DNA of 64,000 nt from Lentisphaerota bacterium. Lineage in GTDB: Bacteria > Verrucomicrobiota > Lentisphaeria > Oligosphaerales > JABHEG01. Position numbers and translations under genes: made by a program. The stretch covers positions 26,211 through 90,210 of the forward strand of contig JABHEG010000064.1 of NCBI GenBank assembly GCA_018676675.1. Direction: 5' to 3'. Under the pieces are notes generated by a model, which saw only the letters and a program-made list of their open reading frames with translations, did no database searches and was not told where the DNA came from. Shown here piece after piece: positions 1 through 11,110 of this stretch. The first letter of the stretch is position 1. Each line of letters opens with the position of its first letter.

Positions 1-2889
1 GCCGATATGCGAAAGCCGTCCCCTTCCACCTGGTCGCCGACGATGTTCCCACCCGTGATGGCCCTGTCCCAGACACCCGCCACAGTCTCCCCGATCGGGA
101 CTGCGCAGTCCGAGAAGCTGTTGTCCCGACACACAAGAAGCCCTTTCCGGTTGAGCGGGTCCGGTGACACCACAAGGGCCGGTACGGCAGAATCGGAGAA
201 GCCGGCAAACTGGTTGTCACAGATCCGGAACAGGCCACCTACCCACACGCCTGCTTCGCCTCCGGTGACTTGGCCGCGGGCAAGGATGTTATCGGCGAAT
301 ACCGCGGTTGGGCCTCCGAAAACATCCAGGTCAACCAGTTTGGTGCAGCTCTCGATGACATTGTGATGGATACTCCAGTGAAAGCCCTGCGGCGCCAGAA
401 GCATGAACCGAGAGCCCTCAGTAAGGTCCGCATCCGCCACGAGTCGGAAGACACCTTCGTCAGGATCGAAGGCCTCTACTTCTGGTCCGATGTCCGGATC
501 CGGTCGGCCGCGGTGCACCCACACAACCCGGTAGCCCCGGTAGGCGTGGGACCGTCGCCGTGGCCAGGTCATGCCACGGTCACATCGGAACGAACGTTTG
601 TCCAGGACCTCCGTGATTCGCCCTGTTTTCTTCCCCGCCGACAGCCCAACCGCACAGCCACGCACCGTGTTGTCGTGCACAACCATATTGCGCCCGGGTT
701 CCGTGAGTATGATGCCCTTTACCATCGGATCCGGTTCTCCCCGGACAATGATCTGGTTGTCGCTGACGGTGGCGTCATCTGCGTCCATCCGGATACCAAA
801 GCGGGGCTTCGAGCGGTCCCGAACGCAGGTGAGGTCTATGGCATTGCCCGTGACAATCGTGTTAGCGGACGGCAGGTGACGGTCGTCCCCATAGCTGCTC
901 GCCTCGATCGCCGACGTGTTGAAGTTCACGAAGATGTTGTTGCTGATGATCACCGGGGTCGCTCCGCCTGACGTCCGAACAGCGCATCCACCGTAGACCA
1001 TCTCTTGTTCGAACGTGTTGTGAGCCACGATGTGCTGGCCGATGGGCAGCACATCGTACGCCTCATGGCGTGATCGCGTGTTGCCAATGGCGACTGTTCC
1101 CGCGTTACGGATGTAGTTCCCCACGATTTTCACGAACCGCGACGCCCCTTCCCAACTGCACCCTCCGACGTCCTGGATTCGGCAATACAGCACCGCCGTG
1201 TTCTCGGCGTGGTCGTTGTTGTTGAACGCATTACGGGCACAGTCCACAACCGTGCAGTTGCGGTAGACGATCGACTTGGTGTACCGCTCGGGATCGGTAT
1301 TCCCGCGACGACTTCGACTTGACGAGTAGAAACACTCTGCCGACATGCCGGTCGCATGGCAATTCTCCACGAGAACGCGTTCCGGCGTGCGAATGCCAAC
1401 CGCATTGCAGTGCTTGGCAAAGAACCCCCACATGTGTGGGTAGCCCTGGGTCCGCATCGAGCCCATCTGTCGCCGTTCCGCAAACCCGCTGAAGCCCCGG
1501 AAACGGAGATTCCTCAGGGTGACCGACGTTCCGCCAACAATGGAAATGCATGCCCCGGTCCCGTTGCCGATGTCGAGAACAGTCGTTTCTTCATTCGCCC
1601 CTTCGACCTGAATGCCATCCGCGTTCCGCAGAGTCAACCCACGGGTCAGCCGGTAACGGCCGGGAGGAATGAAGACGTTGCGCCCTTGGCTGACGGCTCG
1701 GTCAAAGGCAAGCTGGAGCGGCCGGCTGTCTGTGTGCTGTACCGTGCACCCCTCAACGCCCAAAGGCGTGGCGTCTGCAAGCGTGAGCTGATCACCCTTG
1801 ACCTCTGTGATCGTACTGATCAGTTGGTCACGGCCTCCGAAACTGATCACCGTGGGGATGCGCCAAAACGCAGGAGTAGGGAACCGCACCTCAACGCCGC
1901 CGCTCAATGCCTGCCAATCCTCCGTCGCTGCGGTGCCCTCTCCCTGCCAGGTCAGGCCGAGATCGTCGCTCCAACGGAATGTCGGGGGATTCGCGCCGGG
2001 GAAGTCCAGGAGATAGACCGTCCAGCTGCCCAGACTCCCGTCGTATCCCCGGGCCTGTAGCTGCTCCTTTACATCAGCAGTGCCCAGACGCCGGGCGATA
2101 CTCCAGGCTTTGATGTCCGCGATGTGTGGGTTGCATCTGGAGATTGCGACCTCCTGTCCGACCTCGAAATCACCTGCCTCGGCGAGAGCGACGGTCCTGG
2201 CTCCCGGTGTGGTGCTGGCCAAGGTCTCAAACTCCGAACCACTGGCCCCGAAATCGCGCACGTTCAGGAACCCTTCCGCCTGTTCAATCTCCTCAAGAGA
2301 AACGGCGTCCACATCGGCTTCGGCTCCGGCCGGCACAGTGACCGCGAGGGTCGCCTTGCTCATCCCCTGCGGCAGTCGATAGGCACCTCGCACCGTCCCC
2401 CAACCCCCGGTTCGTGCTGGCGTCGGCTCACCGCGAGCGAATGCCCGGTCAGTTTTCAGGCTCCCCTTGGCGTCGTACTCATAGACCTTCAGCTCAACCG
2501 GACCGCCTCGGTACCGGAGAACGACCTCATACGTCAGGCCCCGGCGCAAACCAGGACAAAGCTGGATCAAGTGCGACGCGCGCTTCTTCTGAGCTGTAAC
2601 ACGCAGAAAACGACCCCCTGAGGCCGCGTCGCCCTCGACCACCGTCAGTTCACCTGGATACGCAGAGGAGAGACCCCAGTGAGCGGGAGCCTGAAGGTCA
2701 GTCTTCAGGTCCCATTTCCCCACCGCGTTCCCGACGGGGGCGGCCTTCAGCACAACCAAGTCCTCAAAGCTGCCGTTCTGAAGAGAGACGGGGGCGGTCA
2801 ACGCTGGTGCTCCGGACAGGCCGAAGACCGCCAGACCGGACAGGCATTGGACGAGCTTCAGCAGCGATCCGGAAGTGGCAGTATTCATG
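1..2889 (-). CDS. Secreted right-handed parallel beta-helix protein (pectate-lyase-fold, polysaccharide lyase/hydrolase-like) with N-terminal CBM4/9-like domain. 5'-partial in the window, because the gene continues past position 1.
   Basis: Hand translation of the minus strand from ATG (complement of 2887-2889) gives MNTATSGSLLKLVQCLSGLAVFGLSGAPALTAP (signal peptide). Next comes an NGSFED... beta-sandwich CBM-like domain. After that are beta-helix repeat motifs (IVGNYIRNAGTVAIGN, ISNNIFVNFNTSAIE, VVHDNTVRGCAVGL). I saw no in-frame stop down to position 1. The gene is absent from the ORF track because it lacks a stop inside the window. Weak GAGGA-like RBS upstream. Confidence 0.55.
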
Positions 2890-2910
2890 GTACTATCCTC
2901 TGGATGTTCG

Positions 2911-4245
2911 TTACTCTTGCTCGGGTCCCGCAGCACCGTCCTCTGGCGGGACAGGAGCAGCTTTCCTCCGCGCTGCTCCCGAAGAGATCAGAAGTGCGGC
3001 CTGAAAGACAAGCAGCACAATGACGAAGACCCCGGCCGGCATGTAAGGAGCCCGGAGCCCGTGATTCTTCGCCAACCAGCCGCCGCCAAGCGACCCCAGG
3101 AGGATTCCCAGCAACAGCGTGGCTTCGTGCAGACCACTCTTGAGGCCACGAGACCCCGCTCCTTCGAGGCTCTTGTAGAGTCCTCGGTAGTAGTTGATGC
3201 CAACCGCCAGCCCGACCGCCAGATAGACCAATGCAAGCCAGATCCGTGAATGTGTTCGCCCGACACTCGCCACCATGAGACCGGCGAAGATCTGCGCCGG
3301 CATGGCTAGACGCCAATCATGGAGGCGCTGGCTCCAGAATAGCCCGAGAAAGAACACGACGCTGCGCCCCAGGGCGAGGCCGGCCATGAGGAACCCGAAG
3401 ACAGCGGCGTTGACCCCGAGCGTCATCCCAAGCTCGGGAAATACGCCACTCATCAGGCCCAGCAACGAACAGACCGCCATGTTGCTGAGCCACACTGAAA
3501 CCAACTCCCGCTTGACCCCCACAACCGGAGCAGTGCGCACAACTGCCTCCGGTCGACCGTGGCCACATCGAAATCGCAGCATCAGAGCACAGGCCAGACC
3601 AGCCGGCAGGACCGCACAGAGGAAAGGGAGCGGCTTGGACAGACCGAACAGCCACCCGGAAACCAGCCCGCCAAGCATCCCCCCGACGCTCCAGGACAGG
3701 TTCACCGCTCCGGTGGCAACACCCAACTGTTCCTTGGAATGCGAGTCTCCCACCCAGGAAAAGAGAGCGGGCCACATCGGCGAAATCACCAGCGCCCAAA
3801 AGACCGTCAGGACGCAAAGCTGCGAGAACTCCGACGTGAACGCCGTAGCCAGGAACGCCAGACAGATCCCGACTGTGCTGAAGGCGATGAGCGCCTTGCG
3901 GTTGAGGCGATCTGACAACATAGACGCGGGCACGCACGCGAGGATGTAGGCCGCACCGCGCAAGGCCGTGAGAATACCCAGCCGCATGGAATCGGCGCCG
4001 AAAGCCAACCCCAGGTAAGGCAACGCAACGAAAAACATGCCGTTGGCGAGATCAAGCCCGAAGGCCCCCCCGCAGAAACGTCCGGTGTGACGCCAGTCAA
4101 TCTGTGCACGACCGCTGTTCTGATCGGTCACGTCATGGCTCCCTGTGTCCTGTGGTCCCAGACTGACGGTCCCGGAGCACCGGCTGGAAAGGGTTGATGC
4201 GTTGTTGGTTGTACGCTGTACGTTACGTGCCCAAAGGGGGGCCAC
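2911..4245 (-). CDS. MFS-type transporter (12-TM-like polytopic membrane protein). The true start is probably downstream of the longest-ORF start, e.g. a GTG near 4100.
   Basis: 444-aa ORF with many hydrophobic helices (GLMVASVGRTHSRIWLALVYLAVGLAVG..., LGILLGSLGGGWLAKNHG) and an MFS-like loop 2-3 basic motif (SDRLNRKALIAF). The ~50-aa N-terminal extension is not hydrophobic. Confidence 0.6.
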   Translation of the reverse strand: MAPLWARNVQRTTNNASTLSSRCSGTVSLGPQDTGSHDVTDQNSGRAQIDWRHTGRFCGGAFGLDLANGMFFVALPYLGLAFGADSMRLGILTALRGAAYILACVPASMLSDRLNRKALIAFSTVGICLAFLATAFTSEFSQLCVLTVFWALVISPMWPALFSWVGDSHSKEQLGVATGAVNLSWSVGGMLGGLVSGWLFGLSKPLPFLCAVLPAGLACALMLRFRCGHGRPEAVVRTAPVVGVKRELVSVWLSNMAVCSLLGLMSGVFPELGMTLGVNAAVFGFLMAGLALGRSVVFFLGLFWSQRLHDWRLAMPAQIFAGLMVASVGRTHSRIWLALVYLAVGLAVGINYYRGLYKSLEGAGSRGLKSGLHEATLLLGILLGSLGGGWLAKNHGLRAPYMPAGVFVIVLLVFQAALLISSGAARRKAAPVPPEDGAAGPEQE

Positions 4246-4366
4246 AACCCGTGATGGACCGCGACACCAGCGAATGAACAGTTGCGGGCCAACACTCGAG
4301 GCCGCATGGTAACATCTCTATCGCCGCTGCCCCGCCTCCCGTGCCCATGAACAGGATGGATCGAAC

Positions 4367-6262
4367 ATGCGTCGCGCACTGACCGTCATTCCAATGACTC
4401 TGACTGTCCTGTCCGCTTGCTGTCACGCCCAGACTCCCCTCAAGACGGCCGACACATTGCTCCTGTGGCACTGCGAATCGGAGGCGACCGTCGACTATGC
4501 AACTGGCGATCCCCGTGTGGCGTTGACCGGGGGAAGCATCACAGTCGGCAAGCATGGCAACGGTCTGCATTTGGCGAAAGACCAATTCGTCACGGTTGCC
4601 TCGAAAGGAAATGTCCTGGCCAGGCAAGGCACAGTCATGTTCTGGTTCAGACCAGACTGGTCCACGAAGGACAAAACGTCCTCCCATTCTCTGCTCTCCT
4701 GGCGGTGGGCCGATGGACGCTGGGCAGACGCGACCCTGGGAGACGGGTACTGCGTACTCAGTGATGGCTGGTGGGAAAGTGGGGGTGGGGCAGATCGCCT
4801 CTATCTCGTGTTCGAAAACCAGCTCTATGCACACACATCCCGTCCCCAGGAGTTTGTGGTTGGTCGCTGGATTCACGTCGCCTTCACGTGGGAATTCACC
4901 GACCACCCGATCGCCTCGCTGTTCATCAACGGCGAACGCAGCGGAACAGCCAACGGCAAGCCCTGCTCCGAGATTCCTCGTATCAGCTCGGCGATTCACT
5001 TAGGCACGGACCGCGGCGCGGATGGTGGCGGAGAACGGTCCGCGGAAGGCACGTTTGACAGCATCGCGATCCTCTCCAGGGCTCTTTCCTCCAACGAGAT
5101 ACGGGAGGCATTTCGCAATCAGGAGCCAGAATGGGCGGCCATTGAGGCAGAGAAGTTCCAGTGGCTGCGTGACGGGCTTGCCAAGCCCTACACGCCAAGA
5201 CGCACTCCTGAGGGGCAAATTCTCGAGAGCCGCGCCCTGCTCGACGAGGGGAATGGTTGGATCACTCCAGAAGGGGCACAGACGCGAATAGAGAGGCTCA
5301 AGCAGGCCGGCTTCAACGTCTACATTCCCTGCATCTGGCACGGACGGGGGACCACTTGGCCAAGCGAGTTGGCCCCCCAGGATGCGGGGACTGCCAAACT
5401 CCTCAACGAAACGCCGACATATGATCCGCTCCACAATCTGATCGCGTCCGCTCACGCGGCAGGTATTGAGGTGCATCCCTGGTTTTGCGTCATGTACCGC
5501 GATGAGCGCTGGCCACACATGGCCGAGTTCGCGGAAGAGGGGACGCCGAAAGGAGCCTTCGAAGCACACAGCCTTGCCTTCCGGAAGCGCATCATAGAAC
5601 TGATGCTCGAGGTGATTGAGCGTTACGATGTGGATGGCATCAACCTGGACTACATCCGGACCAAGGGGACCTCCAAGAGTGCGACCGCACGGCAGAGCTT
5701 TCGGGAACAGTTCGGCCTGGAACTCGAGGAAGCGCTCAAACAAAAGCAGGCCAACGGCTGGGGCAACGCGGATGTTCTGGCCTGGCAGGCGAGAGCGATC
5801 GACGAGATAGTGGAGACCATTTCCACGCGTGGAAGAGCATTGAAGCCGTCTCTCATTGTGAGTATCGACGGCCATCCCCCGAAACCCGGTGAGATGCGGA
5901 GTCCGCAAGGGCGGAACGGGGTGGAGTGGGTGGCAAAGGGCTGGATCGATGTGCTCTACACGATGGACTACAACAAGCATCTCTCATGGAAAAAGGCCGA
6001 CTTACTGCGGGCCGCCTTTCCTTCCCCATCGGCCTTGGTGACGATCGCAGGAAACTATGATCGCATGCCTGACCGTAAGGTGGTTCCCCGAGACGCAACG
6101 CTGGTCGCGGACCTCGTTGGTTTCCTCCAACGCCGGAACCACGGCAATGGCTTGGCCCTCTACCTCTACAGCATGCTGGACGATGCCCAGATCACAGCCC
6201 TGCGCAAAGGCCCTTTCCGGCAAGACGCAATACCGGCCTGGACCAGCAGTCAACGCCGGTAG
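4367..6262 (+). CDS. Secreted protein with N-terminal LamG/concanavalin-like domain and C-terminal GHL10-type (glycoside-hydrolase-like family 10, DUF187/YngK-like) TIM-barrel domain
   Basis: Signal peptide MRRALTVIPMTLTVLSACCHAQ. The LamG-like core (GTVMFWFRPDW...) is paralogous to the N-terminus of the 24192 gene. C-terminal motifs NVYIPCIWHGRG and DGINLDYIR match the GHL10 family signature. Confidence 0.5.
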   Translation: MRRALTVIPMTLTVLSACCHAQTPLKTADTLLLWHCESEATVDYATGDPRVALTGGSITVGKHGNGLHLAKDQFVTVASKGNVLARQGTVMFWFRPDWSTKDKTSSHSLLSWRWADGRWADATLGDGYCVLSDGWWESGGGADRLYLVFENQLYAHTSRPQEFVVGRWIHVAFTWEFTDHPIASLFINGERSGTANGKPCSEIPRISSAIHLGTDRGADGGGERSAEGTFDSIAILSRALSSNEIREAFRNQEPEWAAIEAEKFQWLRDGLAKPYTPRRTPEGQILESRALLDEGNGWITPEGAQTRIERLKQAGFNVYIPCIWHGRGTTWPSELAPQDAGTAKLLNETPTYDPLHNLIASAHAAGIEVHPWFCVMYRDERWPHMAEFAEEGTPKGAFEAHSLAFRKRIIELMLEVIERYDVDGINLDYIRTKGTSKSATARQSFREQFGLELEEALKQKQANGWGNADVLAWQARAIDEIVETISTRGRALKPSLIVSIDGHPPKPGEMRSPQGRNGVEWVAKGWIDVLYTMDYNKHLSWKKADLLRAAFPSPSALVTIAGNYDRMPDRKVVPRDATLVADLVGFLQRRNHGNGLALYLYSMLDDAQITALRKGPFRQDAIPAWTSSQRR

Positions 6263-6409
6263 CACCACATCAGAACACCCGCTGGGAACCACACCGAGGG
6301 AAATGGGTCATACATGGTATGTTGACCAGTGTGGTCATGTATCACTTCGAGACCAAAGAAGGATCGGGGCAAGGCAACTTAGGACAGTGTGAACAGATAG
6401 GAGGATTGA

Positions 6410-6892
6410 GTGATGAGAAAGCAATTGTTGATGAGTATCGGGGCGTTGCTGGCGGTGCAGATAGCGGTTGTGGCGCAATGCCCGTTCAGTGCGGCCAAGA
6501 GCAAGAGCCCGTGTGGAACGGCGGCCGGGTGTGCTGCCCCGGTGGATGCAGCGGCGGTTGAGGCAACGATCAGTACAGATGCTCTGGCAGCCATCCTGAG
6601 GTCCGGAGTGTCGGTTGCGGTACTCGACGCGCGAACAGGGAAGTACGATGATGGGCGGCGCATCCCGGGGGCAAAGTCCCTGGCTTCCAACGCAACTGCC
6701 GACCAGGTGAAGGCGGCGGCGGGGGAGAAGAAGGATGGCCTGATCGTTGCCTACTGCTCGAACCTCAAATGCCCGGCAAGCAAACGGCTCGCAACATCCC
6801 TGAAGAAGCTGGGCTACACGAACGTGCTGGAGTACCCCGAAGGTATAGATGGTTGGGCAAAAGCCGGAAAAACCGTGGCAAAGGCCAACTAA
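6410..6892 (+). CDS. Single-domain rhodanese-like sulfurtransferase with signal peptide
   Basis: MMRKQLLMSIGALLAVQIAVVA signal peptide. Rhodanese fold: VAVLDAR...RIPGAKSL...LIVAYCSNLKCPASKRL (active-site Cys loop) ...GIDGW. Confidence 0.65.
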   Translation: MMRKQLLMSIGALLAVQIAVVAQCPFSAAKSKSPCGTAAGCAAPVDAAAVEATISTDALAAILRSGVSVAVLDARTGKYDDGRRIPGAKSLASNATADQVKAAAGEKKDGLIVAYCSNLKCPASKRLATSLKKLGYTNVLEYPEGIDGWAKAGKTVAKAN

Positions 6893-6930
6893 CCAGGGAC
6901 GACAGCAAGATCGACTGAAGACAAGACGGC

Positions 6931-6980
6931 GGCATACGTTTCAGGTTGGACCTGAACGGATGCCGACCGTCTTTCTCGTC
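6931..6980 (+). terminator. Imperfect hairpin followed by a T-rich stretch downstream of the rhodanese gene (candidate intrinsic terminator)
   Basis: gcatacgtttcagg-ttgga-cctgaacggatgc stem-loop, then cgaccgtctttctcg. Confidence 0.3.
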
Positions 6981-7109
6981 CCTACCCACCCTCGTTTCCG
7001 CCCGGCAAATCTCACGCTCTTTGAGGAACGCCCGAAAGCGGGTTATAGTCTTTCTTAGCGTTCGGTGCATCGAAGGGTATTGCCCGAACGAACGGGGTAG
7101 GAGAACAGG

Positions 7110-8063
7110 ATGATTGCAGCACTCACGCCGGCCCATTATGCTGACATGGCGGATCTCATCCGCCGAAACCCGTGGCGAGCATTCAGGAACGGGATATTTG
7201 TACCGTGTTCGGTGCTCACTGACCATGACGTCCTGCAGGCCTTTGACGTTGACACGGAGCCGGATGCCGACCTGAGTCTCGGCGCCTATGACGGGAAGAA
7301 GCTCCTCGGCTTCGTACGCGCGCTCGATGAACCTGACAGGAACCGGATACGTATCCCGTTGGTCGATGCACGACGGGGCAAGGCATTCGCCGAGACGATC
7401 ACGGAGCTCCTCTCCCGCATCCTGGACGAAGCTGAACAGCGGGGACGCGCCGAAATCGTGATCCAACCCATGCCCCCCCTGGCCAGCACCTTCGACCTGC
7501 GCGATGACGAGGCCCTGGATGTCCTGTTCAGCCTGGGGTTCTGGAAGGATCCTATCATCGCCGCTGAGATGCGCCGCAGCCTTAAAGGGTACACGATCTC
7601 TGAACGCGATCAGGAGCGAATCCGGTTTCTGGCCAGTGAGGGAATAACTATCCGACACGCGGTTCAGGATGATGAGGTCCTCCTGGACACCTATTTCGAG
7701 GGCAACCTGACGACCGGGTGGCCTGGAATGACCTTTGCGACATTTGTCCGCGATGGGCCGGAGTTCGTCGTCCTGGCTCTGCGTGGCGAAGACGTCATTG
7801 GTTACGCGACGTTCTTCTCCAGCACGGTGTTCACAGAACTGCCCGAGTTCGGGCCTGTCTTTGTCGAGCCCGAGTACCGCGGGAATGGGCTTTCGAGCGT
7901 TCTGCACGCGGTGGCGTTGGCACAGATCGCCAGGCTGGGGCGAGCCAAGGAAATACAACTGAGCTGTTTCCCCGACAAGTTCCCGATCTATACCCACCAG
8001 GGGTATATGTTCAGGAACAAGTACCTCTTCCGAGCAACGCTTCCGGTCGGACACCTGATCTGA
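7110..8063 (+). CDS. GNAT family N-acetyltransferase (two-domain)
   Basis: C-terminal GNAT motif A: VEPEYRGNGLSSVLHAVALAQIARLGRAKEI. Same-strand ORF with a plausible gap after the rhodanese gene. Confidence 0.55.
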   Translation: MIAALTPAHYADMADLIRRNPWRAFRNGIFVPCSVLTDHDVLQAFDVDTEPDADLSLGAYDGKKLLGFVRALDEPDRNRIRIPLVDARRGKAFAETITELLSRILDEAEQRGRAEIVIQPMPPLASTFDLRDDEALDVLFSLGFWKDPIIAAEMRRSLKGYTISERDQERIRFLASEGITIRHAVQDDEVLLDTYFEGNLTTGWPGMTFATFVRDGPEFVVLALRGEDVIGYATFFSSTVFTELPEFGPVFVEPEYRGNGLSSVLHAVALAQIARLGRAKEIQLSCFPDKFPIYTHQGYMFRNKYLFRATLPVGHLI

Positions 8064-8076
8064 TTCTCCCCCGCCG

Positions 8077-8109
8077 CACTCTCCGTGGTGGCACCCACCA
8101 CGGAGAGTG
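8077..8109 (+). terminator. Perfect 15-bp stem hairpin immediately after the GNAT gene stop
   Basis: cactctccgtggtgg-cac-ccaccacggagagtg. No strong U-tract follows (tcatattcccc). Confidence 0.3.
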
Positions 8110-8265
8110 TCATATTCCCCCTAGACGATGCTGACTGAGCCCTATCAGTTGGCCCCGGAGCGCTGACACGTCGTGTGGTCAATGCCGCGTGGCGATGGTC
8201 GGGGCCTGCCCTGACATGGGTGTCTCCCAAGCAGTGCCCCCTCCCTGCATTTCCACCAAACAGCG

Positions 8266-10833
8266 ATGGTACAGATGAACACTCGTTACGCGACAGTCGT
8301 CGTTCTGGCCGCATGTGTGACCAGCGTGGCTCAAGTGCCGGCTCCCAACAGAGACGACTGGCAGATCCACAGCTGGAATTCGGGTGCCTGGACGAAGTCT
8401 GATCGCTTGCCGGAGGCGGCAGGTAACGCCATTCTGTTCGCCCGCAACGGGAAGCGCGAGTGCATTGCAAGGACGTTTGAGGTCGACCTGGACAAGACCC
8501 CCGTCCTCGAGATTGTTGCCGGAGCAGGCAACTGCCACTGGCGACTCAGCGCCGGTATTGAGGGCCAGGAAGAACTCCTGATCGCGGACCACCAAGTGGT
8601 CGGAACCTGTCGCAGGAACGTGTCGCAACGGCTCGCTGCAACGGCTCGCCAACGAGTATGCGTTCGCCTGACCATGTGGGGTTGGGGGGGCTCGGACAAG
8701 CAGCAATTGCTTCTGCAGCGCGCAGCGTTCATCGTTGCTGGCGCTGACGTGGACGCCACTGGGCTTGGCGGCGTCATGATCGAACGCCACGCCGCCGTCC
8801 TCAGGCGCGCGGAGACCATCGCATGCGTCAGACATGCCCACCCTTCGCTGCGTTACCGTCAGGAACAAAAACGGGACCTGATCCGGAAGGCCCGTTCCAC
8901 TCACGCTCTGTTCGCTAGGAGTGTGGTCAAGGTCCTTGACAGTCTGGCCGCGGAAAAGGTGAAGCCCACCTACAGGCTTGAAGGGGAGCTCCTTACCAAG
9001 ACATCACACGCCTGGCGCGAGGGCCTGCTTCAGCTTCACCCCCCCGAGCCACCTGAACTCGGGCCTGGTCAGGGAGGACGGATCTTTGGCGATGCACGCC
9101 CGGAGAGTACCTGGCGCGTGCTCTGCTGGCATGACTTTTCCCGCTGGGTAATTGGCTCGGCACTCACGGATGACCCGGCCTTTTCAGAACAGGCCAAACG
9201 CTGGATCCTCGCCATGGCACGCTGGCGATTCTGGCAACACCCCGAGTACGTCTACTTCGACTTCGCGACCGCGTATGCACTTCAGAATTTTGCCTCCGGA
9301 TATGATATCGCGAATGCCGTCATGAACGAGGCCGAACGCTCGGAAGTCCGGGCGGCGATTGCTCAGATGGCCAAGGGGCTCTACCTGAGCACACTCACAG
9401 GCCACGGAACGATCTACAACGATCTGCGGGGGAACCACACGGCTGTGACCATGTGCGGCCTGGGCCTCGCGGGCCTCGTATTGCTGGAGGAACACCCCGA
9501 GGCCGGGCAATGGGCCGCTCTCGCCGAACAGTTCATGATTGACTGCTTCGAGGAGCACACCAGCGGGGCCTGGACGGAATCCCCCAGCTACGGGCAGTAC
9601 GGGATCGATGAGTGGCTCAAACTCGCCGAAGCGCTGCGCAATGTCACTGGACGAGACCACATGAAACACCCCTTCTTCACCCGATACGCCGATTTCAGCC
9701 TGATGATCCACGACTGGGAAGGCCGAAATCTGGGCTACAACGGGGGGGGCTGGGCCTCGCGCTGGAACCACTGGATCTTCCTCCGTATCGCCGATGAACT
9801 ACAACGCTCTGACGTTCAATGGCTCGCCAACTTCTGTCTGGAAAGTATGGAGCAGATGCACGGCTATGGAGATGCGTTCTGGTGGGCCAACCCCGCGCTT
9901 GACGCGCGCCGACCGACTGCGAGCCGAGTCGGGAACTTGTACGACGACATCGGCCTGAGCGTATGGCGGAGCGGCTGGGAAGACAGTGCCACAATTCTCC
10001 TTCACCACTGCGGACGCAAGGGACAGCACAAAGAGGAGAATATGAATCATGTCACGCTGTACGCGAAAGGCAGGAGGATGCTCCCTGACGGGGTGGGGGG
10101 AAGGACAGCGGACCATAATGTGCCGATGATCGGCGGCCGCAAGCAGAATAAATGGGGCCCGGGGAGAACGCTGGCGTTCCACTCGGATGAACGCAGCGGC
10201 TACTCTCTGGGAGATGCAACGCGGGCGTATGGCCCCAGGACGCTGAGGCATGTCCTCTATCTCCGGTCCGGGGTCCTGGTCCTCGTGGACGATATCAAGA
10301 CGTCCGGCCGTCGCCCGGTTGAGATATCCGCTGCACTCCATCCGCAAGGCGACACAGCCCTCGCCGGAGAGGGGTTCCGGGTAGACAACAACGGCGTGCA
10401 AATGATCGGAGCGTTCAGCGATGGCCTCGGACAGGTCCTGTCCCCGGTGATCACACCGCGCACGAAAGCGAAAATCGCGACGCATGATGTGAGCGTCACA
10501 CAGACCGCCGGGGACGGTGTCCGAACGATCAGCTGTCTGAGATTCGACACTGAGGACGCCCTGCCGGGAAACACCATGACAGTCAGCGCGCGCGATGGTG
10601 CCATCGACTTCCACGTGGGCTCGGAAGTGGTGCGAGTAGGAACAGCCGCTGGGATGATCGAGGGCCAAATCAGCACCACGGGCGCCTTGTGGGTTGCCCG
10701 GCTGGTGAATGGACAGGCCACGGACATCCTGGCCGTGGCTTCCGAACCCCTGCAAGAAGCTGAGATTCGTGAACAGGGCAAACGCATACAAGGAAGGGGC
10801 TGCGTGAGCTGGAGTAACGTGCTGGAGCCATGA
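8266..10833 (+). CDS. Secreted heparinase II/III-like (alginate-lyase/heparinase superfamily) polysaccharide lyase-like protein
   Basis: Signal peptide MVQMNTRYATVVVLAACVTSVAQVPA. (alpha/alpha)6-toroid-like motifs WRFWQHPEYVYFDFATAYAL and DLRGNHTAVTMCGLGLAGL. C-terminal Hepar_II_III-like HxH...D motif: HHCGRKGQHKEENMNHVTLYAKGRRMLPDGVGG. Confidence 0.5.
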   Translation: MVQMNTRYATVVVLAACVTSVAQVPAPNRDDWQIHSWNSGAWTKSDRLPEAAGNAILFARNGKRECIARTFEVDLDKTPVLEIVAGAGNCHWRLSAGIEGQEELLIADHQVVGTCRRNVSQRLAATARQRVCVRLTMWGWGGSDKQQLLLQRAAFIVAGADVDATGLGGVMIERHAAVLRRAETIACVRHAHPSLRYRQEQKRDLIRKARSTHALFARSVVKVLDSLAAEKVKPTYRLEGELLTKTSHAWREGLLQLHPPEPPELGPGQGGRIFGDARPESTWRVLCWHDFSRWVIGSALTDDPAFSEQAKRWILAMARWRFWQHPEYVYFDFATAYALQNFASGYDIANAVMNEAERSEVRAAIAQMAKGLYLSTLTGHGTIYNDLRGNHTAVTMCGLGLAGLVLLEEHPEAGQWAALAEQFMIDCFEEHTSGAWTESPSYGQYGIDEWLKLAEALRNVTGRDHMKHPFFTRYADFSLMIHDWEGRNLGYNGGGWASRWNHWIFLRIADELQRSDVQWLANFCLESMEQMHGYGDAFWWANPALDARRPTASRVGNLYDDIGLSVWRSGWEDSATILLHHCGRKGQHKEENMNHVTLYAKGRRMLPDGVGGRTADHNVPMIGGRKQNKWGPGRTLAFHSDERSGYSLGDATRAYGPRTLRHVLYLRSGVLVLVDDIKTSGRRPVEISAALHPQGDTALAGEGFRVDNNGVQMIGAFSDGLGQVLSPVITPRTKAKIATHDVSVTQTAGDGVRTISCLRFDTEDALPGNTMTVSARDGAIDFHVGSEVVRVGTAAGMIEGQISTTGALWVARLVNGQATDILAVASEPLQEAEIREQGKRIQGRGCVSWSNVLEP

Positions 10834-11110
10834 TTGGCCTCGAGGCAGATCGCGTCCGCCGGTAGTGAGGCTAACCAGGGGTGAATGGCGCCGAGAAGAG
10901 ACCCCAGCGACGTTGGCTTTGGTCAATGAGACTGCGGCGACGGGGGGGGATGGGTGGAAAAGCCACTCTCAAGAGAGTCCTCTCCGGCTCCACCGGCACA
11001 AGCCGTTGGGGGCCGAAATGCCACACACCCGTTGCCACGCCATGGGCTCGCGAGGCCGCGGGTACGGCAGAGCCGAGGGAGACGGGCTTCACGGCTTCCG
11101 TAGGAGGGGG

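Noticed and set aside
270-2621. Series of 70-234-aa plus-strand ORFs in the first 2.9 kb
   Set aside because: All lie antisense to the long minus-strand beta-helix gene found by hand translation. None has a recognisable motif.
5000-5980. 326-aa minus-strand ORF
   Set aside because: Antisense to the LamG+GHL10 gene.
6263-6409. Searched intergenic gaps (6263-6409, 10834-11110, 15009-15118, 57803-58074, 58174-58399) for tRNA or other small RNA genes
   Set aside because: No cloverleaf-compatible segments (no GTTC-like T-loop with a matching acceptor stem) and no RNase P/tmRNA/SRP signature motifs recognised by eye. This cannot be excluded without a covariance-model scan.
6765-8054. 429-aa minus-strand ORF
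   Set aside because: It lies antisense to two domain-bearing plus-strand genes (rhodanese and GNAT). This is the typical high-GC antisense open frame. No motifs seen.
9799-10926. 375-aa minus-strand ORF
   Set aside because: Antisense to the heparinase II/III-like gene.
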